Source of the DNA: Escherichia coli
GTDB lineage: Bacteria > Pseudomonadota > Gammaproteobacteria > Enterobacterales > Enterobacteriaceae
Length of the DNA stretch: 64,000 nucleotides
Assembly: GCF_003790525.1 (NCBI RefSeq)
Contig: NZ_CP033635.1
Strand: one strand, 5' to 3'
Position 1 is the first letter of the stretch. Each line of letters begins with the position of its first letter. Made by a program: the position numbers and the translations under genes. The notes beneath the pieces were generated by a model. That model worked only from the letters and a program-made list of their open reading frames with translations, was not told the origin of the DNA and did not search any database. Shown here one piece after another: positions 31,934-42,716 of this stretch.

Positions 31934-32965
31934 TCACTTTTTCTCTGGTTGTACTTCATGCCCTTGGCAGCCACACGACTCTCCTGTTCGTAAATAAAAC
32001 TCAAATTCAACGCGGCGAACTTCTCCATCCCAATTTTTCAGCATGTCAATTGCCGCACGGGCCATCTTATCGACAGGTTGTCGAACAGCAGTTAAAGAAG
32101 GGACGTTGTAAACCGATTCTTGTGTTGCATTAAAGCAGACCAGCGCAACATCTTCAGGAACGCGCAGCCCATGTTCTGCCAGGGCGCGTAAACAACCGAG
32201 AGCCTGTTGTTCATTCGTCGCAAACAGGGCGCGTGGCAGTTGGTTCTCAAGCATGCGTTTTGTCGCTTCGTAACCGCCGGCGCGGGTATAGTTGGTCGAA
32301 AAAATCCATGAGGGATTGACCACTAACGATGAGGCTTCCAGCGCCTGCCGCCAACCCCGGATACGATCCTGAGTATTCAGCATTTCACGTGGGCCGCAGA
32401 TGATGCCGATGTCGCGGTATCCGTGATCAATCAGATGTTGTGTTACCAGCATTGCCGCCAGTTGTTCATCAACCTGGATAACGCTGACGTTAAGTCCAGG
32501 ATCCACACGATCGAGCATGACGCAGGGGGTACCGCTCTCCTGAATCAAATTGATATAAGGATGGCGATCAACACTGGTGTAGATCAGCCCGTCAACCTGA
32601 CGGTGCAGCATATTATTAATGAGTTCACGTTCACGGCAGCTACTGTCGCCTGCGTCTCCCAGCAGGAGTACTTTGCCATCAGCAAAGGCTTCGTGCTGCA
32701 GAGCATGAGCTATAGAAGCGATAAACGGGTTCGAGATGTCCGGCACGACTAGCCCGTAAGTTTGCGTACTCCCTGAAGCCAGCGCACGCGCGATGCCATT
32801 GGGTCGATAACCGGTTTTCTTAATTGCCTGTAGTACACGTTGCCGAGTCGCTTCGGCAACGGGGCGCGGACCATTATTAATAACGTAACTAACGACAGCG
32901 ACGGATGTCCCTGCTTCTTTTGCCACGTCAGAGCGTGTTACGCGTTGTGAATGTGATTGAGTCAC
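31934..32965 (-). CDS. LacI-family transcriptional repressor
   Basis: N-terminal HTH (...VTRSDVAKEAGTSVAVVSYVINN...) and periplasmic-binding-protein-like effector domain. Confidence 0.85.
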   Translation of the reverse strand: MTQSHSQRVTRSDVAKEAGTSVAVVSYVINNGPRPVAEATRQRVLQAIKKTGYRPNGIARALASGSTQTYGLVVPDISNPFIASIAHALQHEAFADGKVLLLGDAGDSSCRERELINNMLHRQVDGLIYTSVDRHPYINLIQESGTPCVMLDRVDPGLNVSVIQVDEQLAAMLVTQHLIDHGYRDIGIICGPREMLNTQDRIRGWRQALEASSLVVNPSWIFSTNYTRAGGYEATKRMLENQLPRALFATNEQQALGCLRALAEHGLRVPEDVALVCFNATQESVYNVPSLTAVRQPVDKMARAAIDMLKNWDGEVRRVEFEFYLRTGESCGCQGHEVQPEKK

Positions 32966-33069
32966 GAAGCACCTACCTAATTGCGTTCAGAGTGATTTTT
33001 TCCAGACAGCATAAGGCGTTATGACCCAAAAATCTTTGGTAAAGAACGCGCATCTCACGTTCTCTGGCC

Positions 33070-34470
33070 TTAAATTGCATCCTCGGGTAAGTTGAGATCC
33101 CGCCCGCGAGTCTCTGGTGCAAAGAACGTGGTCACCAGTCCAATCGCGGCCATAAAGGCGAAATAGATAGCGATTGGCCACCAGTGTCCGTAAAACGAGA
33201 GTAGCGCAGAGGCGATAAGTGGCGCTGTCCCGCCAGACATAATGGAACCGAGCTCTTTTGCAAATGCCATTTTGGTATAACGATTAGTGACACCGAAAAG
33301 CTCAACGCCCCACGCAGCCTGAACACCAAAAATACCCAGTGAAGCAAGCCCCATCCCGGTAATGATCGTCGGGATAACAATCCACGGCTCACGGGAATCC
33401 AGCAGCATAAATGCTGGAAAGGCATACAGGATCAGTAACAGGCAGAACCAACGATAGATGATACGTCTACCGAATCTATCGGACAGCCAACCCGCCAGAG
33501 GAATAATGGCAAATCCCAGAACGGATGCAATAAGTACGGCTGCCGTGGGTACGGACTCATCTACCATTAGTACTTTAGCGACATAACCAATGATAAACCC
33601 CTGAGCGAGATAAGAAGGACCATTCTCACCTATGCGTAATCCGACCATAGTCCAGAAGGCACGGGTCCGTTTCCAGAAGCTACGAGTGTCATGTTGTTGT
33701 TGTGCTTTTCCCTCACGAAGAACCTTTTCTCGTTCAGCCTGCAGAAGGGCTTTTTGACGTTCAAAGACTGGTGTTTCGCGTATATGACGACGAATTAATA
33801 GAGCGGCAGCAGCAATAAGAATGCTACAAAGAAAAGGAATACGCCATCCCCAGTTTAATAAGTCATCCTTGTCCATTTGCAGGACGATGAGCCAAACCAG
33901 TGAAGCCAGTAATGTTCCGCTGTTCGACCCCAGACCAATAACAGATGAAACTAGTCCACGTCGTTTAACGGGAGCATATTCACCAAGCATCACAGTACCG
34001 CCTGAAAGCTCCGCGCCAGCTCCCAGCCCCTGAGAAAATCGAAGGATAACCAGACATATCGGTGCCCAGACGCCTATCTGGGCGTAACTGGGGATTAATC
34101 CTATTAGCATGGTCGACATGCCCATCAATCCAATAGTGATAACCATGACAATTTTCCGACCATGTTTATCGCCTATCCAGCCGAACAGTAATGCACCAAT
34201 AGGGCGGGCAATAAACCCAACAGAATAGGCGGCAAAGCTGGAAAGTAATGCTATGACGGGTGTCACCTCCGGAAAAAAGACATCGCCAAAGATAATACCT
34301 GCGGCAAGTCCGTACAGAGCAAAATCGGCATACTCCATTGTAGTGCCTAGCCAGCAGGAAAAGGTAGCTCTCCAAAACTCGCGACGTCCCTCGGGGGTTT
34401 CCAGACGCTCCTGAGCTGCCTGTTGGTTATCCACTAGGGGAACAGAGGATGATGGATGATGTGTGTTCAT
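33070..34470 (-). CDS. MFS transporter (metabolite:H+ symporter subfamily)
   Basis: 466 aa, 12 TM segments, MFS motif GxLxDRxGRR (GWIGDKHGRK / LSDRFGRR). Confidence 0.85.
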   Translation of the reverse strand: MNTHHPSSSVPLVDNQQAAQERLETPEGRREFWRATFSCWLGTTMEYADFALYGLAAGIIFGDVFFPEVTPVIALLSSFAAYSVGFIARPIGALLFGWIGDKHGRKIVMVITIGLMGMSTMLIGLIPSYAQIGVWAPICLVILRFSQGLGAGAELSGGTVMLGEYAPVKRRGLVSSVIGLGSNSGTLLASLVWLIVLQMDKDDLLNWGWRIPFLCSILIAAAALLIRRHIRETPVFERQKALLQAEREKVLREGKAQQQHDTRSFWKRTRAFWTMVGLRIGENGPSYLAQGFIIGYVAKVLMVDESVPTAAVLIASVLGFAIIPLAGWLSDRFGRRIIYRWFCLLLILYAFPAFMLLDSREPWIVIPTIITGMGLASLGIFGVQAAWGVELFGVTNRYTKMAFAKELGSIMSGGTAPLIASALLSFYGHWWPIAIYFAFMAAIGLVTTFFAPETRGRDLNLPEDAI

Positions 34471-34894
34471 AAGAACTCCTTGATATTATCTGTCAGATAT
34501 ACATCACAGGTAGATATCTTTCTTAAATCTACTCATGTAGATATTGTGTTTTATTACATATAAATAAATCTACTCGCGTAGACAAACCAGTCAATGGAAG
34601 TAAAATCGTGATAGAGATCACCCATAAGGTGTAAGCGCAAAGCTGGCGTTGTCTGTATCCCCGCTCCTGCCGGGCTAATTTACGCTTAAAACATCAGCAA
34701 TACACCAGCGTATTCAGTAGCGACAAGCATGAGTCACACTCAAACTCCCGACCATCACCATCCTTGAAAGGTTACAGATCCTGATATACCTGTGTTTATA
34801 ATTACCCTACTGTATTTTCATCATGAAACTGAATCGCTACACAGAGCTGTTTATCTGCAGAGTACAGGCTGGATATGGTTTATTATTACCGTAA

Positions 34895-36314
34895 GGTGTC
34901 AACGACGGATGAAAAGTGGCTCTTCCGCAACCTGGGTGGAAGAAAATGGATGAAACTTTCTGGTGAATAAAGATCTAAGCTGTTTTAAGTTATGGGCAAC
35001 GCAATGCACTCTCTTAAGACACTTCTACAGTTACCTTGCGGATGGAGATGCAGTCGACAAATTATTAGCTCTGACGGTATAACCCTCCATCTCCACGGAA
35101 AACGCAAAACAGCACAAGTCCTGAATGCTTTAAGCGTAGCGACTCTGTTCATAGTTATCGTCGGCGCCGGATACAGCATCTACCCTGCTTAGGGCAGACG
35201 CTATGGCTTGTATTTTCCGTCCGCCACTGGTACTGCCGTAACCCGGCTTGTTCACGTAAAATTTTTGCCGGGTCGCTTGCCCCCTTCGCCGGTTCACTCC
35301 CAGCATTCTTCACAGGTGTTACAAAATTTACAACATCAACTGGGATTAATAGCCGGAGGTGAGGCCGGGAAACAGGCAGCAACGGCAGTGGGGCTCCGTT
35401 GCAGTGCTGATACTCTTCTTCGCAGGGTTATTAATACCCCGGAGACGAAACAGTCAGGCGCGCCTCATGTCGGTATTGATGAGTGGGCGTGGCATCGGGG
35501 CTACCATTACGGTACGTTAATCGTCAATCTTTATACTCACCGTCCCCTCGTCCTGCTTCCCGGTTGCGATCAGAGTACGCTGGCGACCTGGTTCAGAAAA
35601 TATCCGGAAATACAGGTTGTCTCACGTGACCGTGGCGGAGTCTATGCGACAGCAGCACGTGAAGGTGCACCTCAGGCCAGACAGATAGCTGATCGATGGC
35701 ACCTGCTAAAAAATATTGGCGATGCGCCTGAACGAATGATGTACAGACAGATGCCTCTGATACGTCTTGTTGCCAGTGGGTTGTCACCAAAGAAATCACC
35801 TGAGCCAGAACTGTCTGTGCCTGTAGCATCGCTCCGTCGTCCGGAACGCCTTAAACAGCAAACCCGCCAAAAATGGCATCAGCGTTGGACAGAGGTTATG
35901 GCACTACATAACAAGGGATGTGGGTTCAGGGAAATATCCCGTATTACAGACTTATCACGTGTGACAGACAGTCTCTGGGTGTGTTCAGGAACATTCCCTG
36001 AAATGTCAACCCGGCCTCCAGAGCGAGGACTTATGGACCCATGGAAGGAGTGGTTAAAAGAGCAACGAGAAAGTGGTAACTTCGGCGCGTGGCTGCGAGG
36101 ATGGAAGCTGATGCTGCGGCTATATGTGAGGCAATCAGCAGTCGCTGGAATAATGGGGGGTGTCGAAAGTCATGTAAATCGGCTAAAAATGCTGAAAGGC
36201 CAGATGTATGGTCGAGCCGGATTTGAACTACTCAGGCAGAGGGTCATGAGTCCACTGGCATGAAAATCTCCATCCAGGTTGCGGAAGAGCCACTTTTCAT
36301 CCGTCGTTGACAGC
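34895..36314 (+). mobile_element. ISL3-family insertion sequence with ~40-bp terminal inverted repeats; transposase split by a frameshift
   Basis: Left end GGTGTCAACGACGGATGAAAAGTGGCTCTTCCGCAACCTGG is mirrored by its reverse complement at 36275-36314; transposase in two frames (34992-35192 and 35208-36263). Confidence 0.75.
34992..36263 (+). pseudogene. ISL3-family transposase, frameshifted (N-terminal 66-aa part and C-terminal 351-aa part)
   Basis: C-terminal part contains the ISL3-type core (...HVGIDEWAWHRGYHYGTLIVNL...); the N-terminal fragment is in another frame with a stop at 35192. Confidence 0.65.
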
Positions 36315-37098
36315 TTGGGGGGTAGTGCATCGGTACCTCTAGGTCAAAGGAGGTATTCATATCCATATTAACGACTTGAATATGTTGACAGTACTGATTC
36401 AGATTAACGAAAAACGACCGAGCTTCTCTACTACGCACCTCACCTATCCAGAGGATTGATGAGTATCCGCATCGGCTACGACGGTGCGTAACGATGAGCT
36501 TTGAACAGGGCAAACTCTTTCATGACCCGGCCTTGGCAGTACATCAATCAGACCCTGTGACCTCTATTTGCAACTGACGTTTGTCGATAGTATTGATGAT
36601 ATGCTAGTGCAGGGTAAGAAATTACGAAATATGTTTAATCGGCAAGATTTTGAGTAACGCCTCAACATGCTCAATGAGTCATGTGGTCTGATGAGCATAA
36701 GGCTTTAGCCAGCTGATATAATCCCGAACTATGCCGTAGTTAGGGCAAAGAATGCGGTAGACGGGTAGGCGTAACTGAACTGGAAATACCAGTATTGTTC
36801 ATTACGATAAGGTGCGAAGTAAAGCATCGTGAACGGCTTTAGCCTGTTTGCCACAAGAATAATGACCGTTTTCAATCGGTTTTAGGTGGATGATGAGGGG
36901 GATTTTACTCAGTAGGGACGACGTCAAAGCCTATCCAGAGATAAATGGAAAAGATAGTATTCGAAATTGAGAACGGTTGGGGTTGGTTATCGTTCTGTTT
37001 TAGCAACTAAACAATAACTCCCCAACCGTTATCATTTCCAGCACACGATAATCTGCAATGAACATTAAAAATTCACGGCGGCGGTCGCTTTCCTTAAT

Positions 37099-38061
37099 TT
37101 ACGTCTCCTCTTGGGAGTGGATAATATGGGTGCCTGTTTCGCCACGCAGTGCCGCGGACAGGCATTCAGGCGTGGTGATAATCACTCTTTTACCTCCACG
37201 TTCCAGGAACTCCAGACTGGCAAGAATCTTCGGTAACATACTCCCAGGCGGGAAGTGACCCTCCTGCATGTAACGGGCCATCGTTAGGACATCCACTGTA
37301 TCCAGTGCATGCTGGTTGGGTTTCCCAAAATGAATACTCACTTTTTCCACGCCGGTGGTGATCACCAGAATGTCGGCGTGAATTTCGCGAGCCAGTAGCG
37401 CGCTAGAGAGATCTTTGTCGATAACCGCGTCCACGCTTTGGTAATCCCCTGCGTCAGTACGCACCACCGGAATGCCACCGCCGCCCGCGCCAATCACCAC
37501 AAAGCCTTGCTGGATCAGAGTCTTAATGGCAGGTGCTTCGACAATACGTTTCGGTTCCGGCGAGGCGACCACGCGGCGATAGCCCCGTCCGGCATCTTCA
37601 ACAAAACGCCAGTCAGGGTTTGCCTTTTGTAGTTCATCACGCTGGTTTTCACTAAAGAATGCACCGATGGGCTTGGTGGGATGGACAAACCCCGGATCGT
37701 TTTTATCCACTTCCACCTGAGTCACCACGGTGACGGCTTTTTTCTCGCCGTGAGGCGCCAGCCGGTTGTTCAGCGCCTGCTGGATCAGATAGCCAATGCC
37801 GCCTTGCGTATCCGCCACACAGTTCGCCAGCGGCGTTAAGGGTAGCCCTTCGCGCTCGTGGGCTATCTCCGCGCGGCGTAAATCCAGACCGACCTGCGGC
37901 CCGTTGCCGTGGGTCAGCACAATGTCGTAATCGGAAGCCAGCATTTCCAGAACCGTATCGGCGACGGCCTTCACCGCCTCCGCCTGATGCTCAATCGACT
38001 GGCTGGCGTTATCTTTGATAATGCTGTTGCCACCAATGGCAACGACCACAAGTTCTTTCAT
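37099..38061 (-). CDS. yahI: Carbamate kinase-like protein (YahI)
   Basis: Amino-acid-kinase fold (VVVAIGGNSI..., ...THGNGPQVG...); position after yahG and length match K-12 yahI as recalled. Confidence 0.75.
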   Translation of the reverse strand: MKELVVVAIGGNSIIKDNASQSIEHQAEAVKAVADTVLEMLASDYDIVLTHGNGPQVGLDLRRAEIAHEREGLPLTPLANCVADTQGGIGYLIQQALNNRLAPHGEKKAVTVVTQVEVDKNDPGFVHPTKPIGAFFSENQRDELQKANPDWRFVEDAGRGYRRVVASPEPKRIVEAPAIKTLIQQGFVVIGAGGGGIPVVRTDAGDYQSVDAVIDKDLSSALLAREIHADILVITTGVEKVSIHFGKPNQHALDTVDVLTMARYMQEGHFPPGSMLPKILASLEFLERGGKRVIITTPECLSAALRGETGTHIIHSQEET

Positions 38062-38087
38062 AGAATTATCTTCCGTTTGCAGGCTAT

Positions 38088-39638
38088 TCAGGTCGTTTTA
38101 GTCTCTTCCTGCTCAGACGCAGCCACTGTTTCACGGCTATCAATAACATGCTTGAGGGCAAACATAGCAAGCATCATCAGGTAGGCCACAACAAACACAA
38201 TCGAGCTGCCTTCCGCAAAGCCAACCGCTGGGGAGTGAATCACGCCAAACAGCGATAACAGTGCTCCAAAGGATGCAGCTATCGCCCCGCGCAGCGGCTT
38301 ATTCATAATGGCAAAGATCGCAATGCATCCCCACAGCATGCTGGCCAGCGGTGCACCGCTTCCCAGATGCATCAGTCCATCGTAATAGACGCCTTTGCTG
38401 TGCAACAGGTCGCTACCAAGTTTCTCAGCGGATGTTCCGGCTGCGCCCATCACGCTGTTAACGATGGTCAATGCCCAGTTGGCGACCCATGGGAACAGAC
38501 AGATGAAAATAACGGGAACCTCGACTTTAGGAGTTTCTCGCACCACCTGATTGGCGGTTACCACACCGATAAAAACCAGAATTGGCACTATAGCAGTCAT
38601 GGGAATAATGGCGAGCATAAACGCGCCCAACCCAAACAATGGCACCAGGAACATAGTGATGCCTGATGCGAGGGTATAGCAGATACTAGCGCCCATAGCT
38701 TTCCAGCCTGCATGCCCAACATATACGGTTACCGGGAACGGATTACCCAGCATGCAACCGAGCATGGAGGCAAAGCCGTTCGCCATCATGACCTTACGGG
38801 TGTTGTATTCATCACCAGCCGCGTGCGCACTTTCAATGTTCTCGAGGTCAAAAATGTAGTTAGCCAGGCCCAAAGGAACTGCAGAAGCCAGATATGGCAG
38901 AGCGTGCGGCAAACCTTGCAGGAAGCTCCTTACATGAATTTCCGGCGGGTTGAAGCCGAAGGAAGACATCGACGCTTTAATGTCTTCCGGGCTTTGTAAA
39001 CCGGATATCCACGCTAGGGACGTACCAGCAATCAGCAACAGCAAACCGGTAGGAATATGGGGAAAAATCGGCTTCTTACCGAACCAGTTAATGAAGATCA
39101 ATAACAGGACGATGAAAGAAACTGTCGGCGCTTCGAACGCTTGCAGCATCGGGTTCATTGCCAGCAGTAATAACCCCAGTCCGGACAGACAAGAAAGCAG
39201 CACTGTACGCGGGATCATCTTGCGGATAGTCTCACCCAGGAAGGAGCCACCGACCAGGATCAACGCTTCGACAAAGCACCACACCAATCCTATCTGAATA
39301 GCAAAGTTGGCATCTTTGGTTTGCTGATAAACCGGCATCAGCACCAGGAATGTCACGGTAAAGATTGAGGGTGCGCTCGGTCCAGACGGCAGCGCCGTTA
39401 CATCGCTACGACCGGTTTTCTTCACCATCTGTAGACCAAACCAGGAGTAGCAGACACTGGCCGCCAGCACTGCAAGACCAAAGGCAGGCGCAATGCGTCC
39501 ATAGACAATTTCAGTAGGGATTCCGACGACAAAAATTAGCAGACCCATCATTGTCAGCAGGTTAGTCAGATTGTTGGTCATCAGTCCAAAGTAAGCCGCC
39601 CAGTCACCACGTTTCCATTCTAGTTTTATGCTGTTCAT
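38088..39638 (-). CDS. Putative inner-membrane transporter (family not assigned) between yahG and yahI
   Basis: 516 aa, at least 12 hydrophobic segments; occupies the position of the tiny yahH in K-12 (from memory). Confidence 0.55.
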   Translation of the reverse strand: MNSIKLEWKRGDWAAYFGLMTNNLTNLLTMMGLLIFVVGIPTEIVYGRIAPAFGLAVLAASVCYSWFGLQMVKKTGRSDVTALPSGPSAPSIFTVTFLVLMPVYQQTKDANFAIQIGLVWCFVEALILVGGSFLGETIRKMIPRTVLLSCLSGLGLLLLAMNPMLQAFEAPTVSFIVLLLIFINWFGKKPIFPHIPTGLLLLIAGTSLAWISGLQSPEDIKASMSSFGFNPPEIHVRSFLQGLPHALPYLASAVPLGLANYIFDLENIESAHAAGDEYNTRKVMMANGFASMLGCMLGNPFPVTVYVGHAGWKAMGASICYTLASGITMFLVPLFGLGAFMLAIIPMTAIVPILVFIGVVTANQVVRETPKVEVPVIFICLFPWVANWALTIVNSVMGAAGTSAEKLGSDLLHSKGVYYDGLMHLGSGAPLASMLWGCIAIFAIMNKPLRGAIAASFGALLSLFGVIHSPAVGFAEGSSIVFVVAYLMMLAMFALKHVIDSRETVAASEQEETKTT

Positions 39639-39750
39639 GGAATCTCCTTAACAGGTTAAGCATCGTTTGCGATCATGGAGATCGCCCAGCCCTGAAGGTA
39701 AACAACGTTTTCCGCTACTGTGGGGCTAACTGCGTTAGCCCCGGTTATTG

Positions 39751-41169
39751 TTATTGGCAGTAGTGGTCACGCCAGTTGAGGATCGCCTTTTCAAAACAAG
39801 TGAACGGCGGGTGAACAATTCCTGCGCCGATCATGCCGATCCCTGCGTCTTTGTGCGCAATGGCTGTGTTAATTACCGGCAGAATGCCTGTACTGCCTAC
39901 ACGTGTAATATCGATAGCGGTCGGTACGCCCATAAAACCAAGCAGGGGAATGGTGACGTTGGGGTTTTCTCCGAGAGTGATTTCTCTCATTTTACGTGAG
40001 AAATCAATAGCTTCCTCAACTGTTCCGCCCACCAGTGACACAATAGCTGGTGCCGTCGCCATAGCGAAACCGCCAACGCCGTAGGTTTCGGTAATTGCAC
40101 TATCACCGATATCACGTCCGGAATCCTCTAGCTTATAGCCCGCAAACATCGGCCCAATCACCTGCTGCGCCGGACCGGTAAACCACTGGCCCGGCAAACC
40201 GCTAATACGAAGACCGAACTCAACACCATTGCGTGCCATCGTTGTCACCACGGTGCTGTATTCAATGCCGTGCGCAGCGTCCATTGCGGCTTTACACATT
40301 GCCATCCATGTTGGTCCTGAGAAGTAATCACTACTGAGGACAAACTCGAACACCTCACGCTGCTGCTCAACAGGGTAGCCAGTCTGAATAATCCACGGCG
40401 TCAGCGTCTGAATCAGCAGCGCCGTCCCGGCGTTGTTGCGGTTATGGCACTCATCGCCCATATGCAGCGCCTGCGCTAACATCAAGTGCAGATCGATTTC
40501 GCCCGCCAGCTTCATAGCATCGCGCAACATAGGTCCCAGTACATCTCGCATCCAGTTAAGACGCTCTATAACGCTCTGGTCGTTAGCGCCCATACGCAGG
40601 ATCTTTGCCATCTGCTCGCTCATATTGGTATATGCGCGGTTTCCATAGGTTTTGTTCTCGACGATGTGCATAAACATCGATGCAGACGTGACACCCGCCA
40701 TTGAGCCGACACAGTCATGTTCGTGGCACGGAGAGAAGATGATTTCACCTGAAGCAGCTAGTTCGGCGGCATCATCCAGATCTTTCGCCAGTCCTTCAAA
40801 TACCAGAGCCCCGGTTACTGCGCCCTTCATTGCGCCGCACATTTTTTCCCAGTGGATTGGCGGCCCGGCGTGAAGGATAGTGTTACGGGTCATACCCGGC
40901 ACGACGTTGATCGCCTGATCATAGCCAATTAGCACAGGATGCGACTGGATAATGCGTTCCAGCGCCAGCTGATTAGCAGCTGCAATTTTGTCTGCCAGTG
41001 GTGAAGCGGCAATGTCGTCCAGTGCCGTTACCACTTGTATGTTTCCTTGGCCTGGCGGTGTCCAGTCAAGTTGGGTTACCGGTACATTCTGCTTTTTCAT
41101 GTCATCGCTGAACATTTCGATACCGACATTAATAACGTTCAGCGGCTGATTAAACAGTGTCTGGCTCAT
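39751..41169 (-). CDS. yahG: DUF1116-family protein (YahG)
   Basis: 472 aa; adjacent to an FdrA-like gene with overlapping stop/start (41169). Confidence 0.7.
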   Translation of the reverse strand: MSQTLFNQPLNVINVGIEMFSDDMKKQNVPVTQLDWTPPGQGNIQVVTALDDIAASPLADKIAAANQLALERIIQSHPVLIGYDQAINVVPGMTRNTILHAGPPIHWEKMCGAMKGAVTGALVFEGLAKDLDDAAELAASGEIIFSPCHEHDCVGSMAGVTSASMFMHIVENKTYGNRAYTNMSEQMAKILRMGANDQSVIERLNWMRDVLGPMLRDAMKLAGEIDLHLMLAQALHMGDECHNRNNAGTALLIQTLTPWIIQTGYPVEQQREVFEFVLSSDYFSGPTWMAMCKAAMDAAHGIEYSTVVTTMARNGVEFGLRISGLPGQWFTGPAQQVIGPMFAGYKLEDSGRDIGDSAITETYGVGGFAMATAPAIVSLVGGTVEEAIDFSRKMREITLGENPNVTIPLLGFMGVPTAIDITRVGSTGILPVINTAIAHKDAGIGMIGAGIVHPPFTCFEKAILNWRDHYCQ

Positions 41170-42716
41170 CAGCCTTCCTCCCCTTTAAATATAAATTCAC
41201 GTGCCAGTAATCCGGTGTTGGTGCTACTGCTTGCCCAAATAACCCCGGCATCGGTCAACATCTGACACTGTTTTTTCAGCGACGGTGTATCAAGGTCGGT
41301 TCCCAGCACATAGCCGAGGATCTCAAGCGGGCGACCGTCTGCGGCAGCAATTTCTTTGGCTTCAACAATTGTATCCAGCATCACTCCAACCGGATCTTCA
41401 TGTGATCCAAATCCAAGAATGAAGTCCATCACGATCACGCCAACTTCAGGATCCTGTGCTTCCTGCAAGAGCCGGGTAATGCGATTGGTGGGATCGATCA
41501 TCGGATGTGGTTTGCCGTTGGTAAAATAATCATCGCCGAAATCGAGGAAGGTATGCGCCACGCTACGGTTGAGATCTGTAAGGCGGAACGCCGGATTCGG
41601 GTGAATATTGCTATACACATCCGAGAGTTTTTCCATGGCAGTAAACATCGCTTCATCGCATAACGTGCCACCACAGAACAGGCCACGGATATACTTTTGT
41701 TGTGGAGTCAGACGGGAGCGAACCTCTTCAATCAGCTGCCAGTTGAGCGGATGCAAATCCAGACTCTCTTTTTTCACACCAGTCAACAGTACCGCTTTCA
41801 AGGCAGCCTCTTTAGTACCGCGGGCAAACTGTAGGCCTTCTTCATCCGCAGGGGTGGACTCACGTCCGAGGAAACACACCACCACAGGCTTGTGACAGGT
41901 GCGCGCACGTTCCAGCACCTTACGGGCTACCGCTGGTGCAGGAGGTTTGGATATAAGCGTAATGATCTCAGTTTGTGGATCGGCCTCCAGCATGCTAATC
42001 GCGTCAAGCATCATCAGGCCGCCAATTTTTTCACTCATATCGCGTCCACCTGTCCCAATCAGCTGGGAAATCCCGCCGCCAAATTCGTGAATGCGTACGC
42101 TCAGCTCCTGGCTACCCGTACCGGAGGCACCAATGATTCCGATGTTGCCGCGACGCACTGCATTGCCAAAACACAACGCTGCGCCGTTAATGATGGCGGT
42201 TCCACAATCAGGCCCCATCATCAACAACCCTTTTTCATGTGCCAGATGCTTGAGTTCCAGCTCGTCCTCAAGAGAGACGTTGTCAGAAAACAGCATAACA
42301 TTGAGGTTATTTTGTAGTGCCTGACGAGCTTCACGAGCAGCAAACAGGCCATTGACAGAGATCACCGCCAGATTACTCTCTGGAGCATGCTTCTTCGCAC
42401 TGGCAATCGTGGCATAGCGTGCTTCGTGCTGGCCTCCCTGTTCTTTATGCGCAAACAGCTCATCAATCGCTATTAGCGTCCGCTCGTTCGCCTCCTCGCT
42501 GGTACCTTTAATGACAATCATCAGATCGCCACTTTTCGCCTCTTCCAGCTCAGGGGTCAGCAGACCGAGATTCTTCAGCACCCCCTTATTCATCTCTGTC
42601 GCCATAGCAACAAATGCCTGCTCAACTCCATCAAGCTTATTTGCGCGCGTGGAGATAGACATCAGTGAAACAGAATCAAAATACGTGTTTTTTTTTACAA
42701 CTATCCTGATTGACAT
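41169..42716 (-). CDS. yahF: FdrA-like protein, CoA-binding/succinyl-CoA-synthetase-like fold (YahF)
   Basis: 515 aa; glycine-rich nucleotide/CoA-binding motifs (GIIGASGTG, GGRD). Annotated start overlaps yahE by 41 bp; start may be internal. Confidence 0.75.
   Translation of the reverse strand: MSIRIVVKKNTYFDSVSLMSISTRANKLDGVEQAFVAMATEMNKGVLKNLGLLTPELEEAKSGDLMIVIKGTSEEANERTLIAIDELFAHKEQGGQHEARYATIASAKKHAPESNLAVISVNGLFAAREARQALQNNLNVMLFSDNVSLEDELELKHLAHEKGLLMMGPDCGTAIINGAALCFGNAVRRGNIGIIGASGTGSQELSVRIHEFGGGISQLIGTGGRDMSEKIGGLMMLDAISMLEADPQTEIITLISKPPAPAVARKVLERARTCHKPVVVCFLGRESTPADEEGLQFARGTKEAALKAVLLTGVKKESLDLHPLNWQLIEEVRSRLTPQQKYIRGLFCGGTLCDEAMFTAMEKLSDVYSNIHPNPAFRLTDLNRSVAHTFLDFGDDYFTNGKPHPMIDPTNRITRLLQEAQDPEVGVIVMDFILGFGSHEDPVGVMLDTIVEAKEIAAADGRPLEILGYVLGTDLDTPSLKKQCQMLTDAGVIWASSSTNTGLLAREFIFKGEEG

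Noticed and set aside
36972-37030. 11-bp inverted repeat AACGGTTGGGG ... CCCCAACCGTT downstream of yahI
   Set aside because: The 37-nt loop is too long for a typical intrinsic terminator and there is no adjacent U-tract; could be a REP-like element or protein-binding site, but evidence is insufficient.
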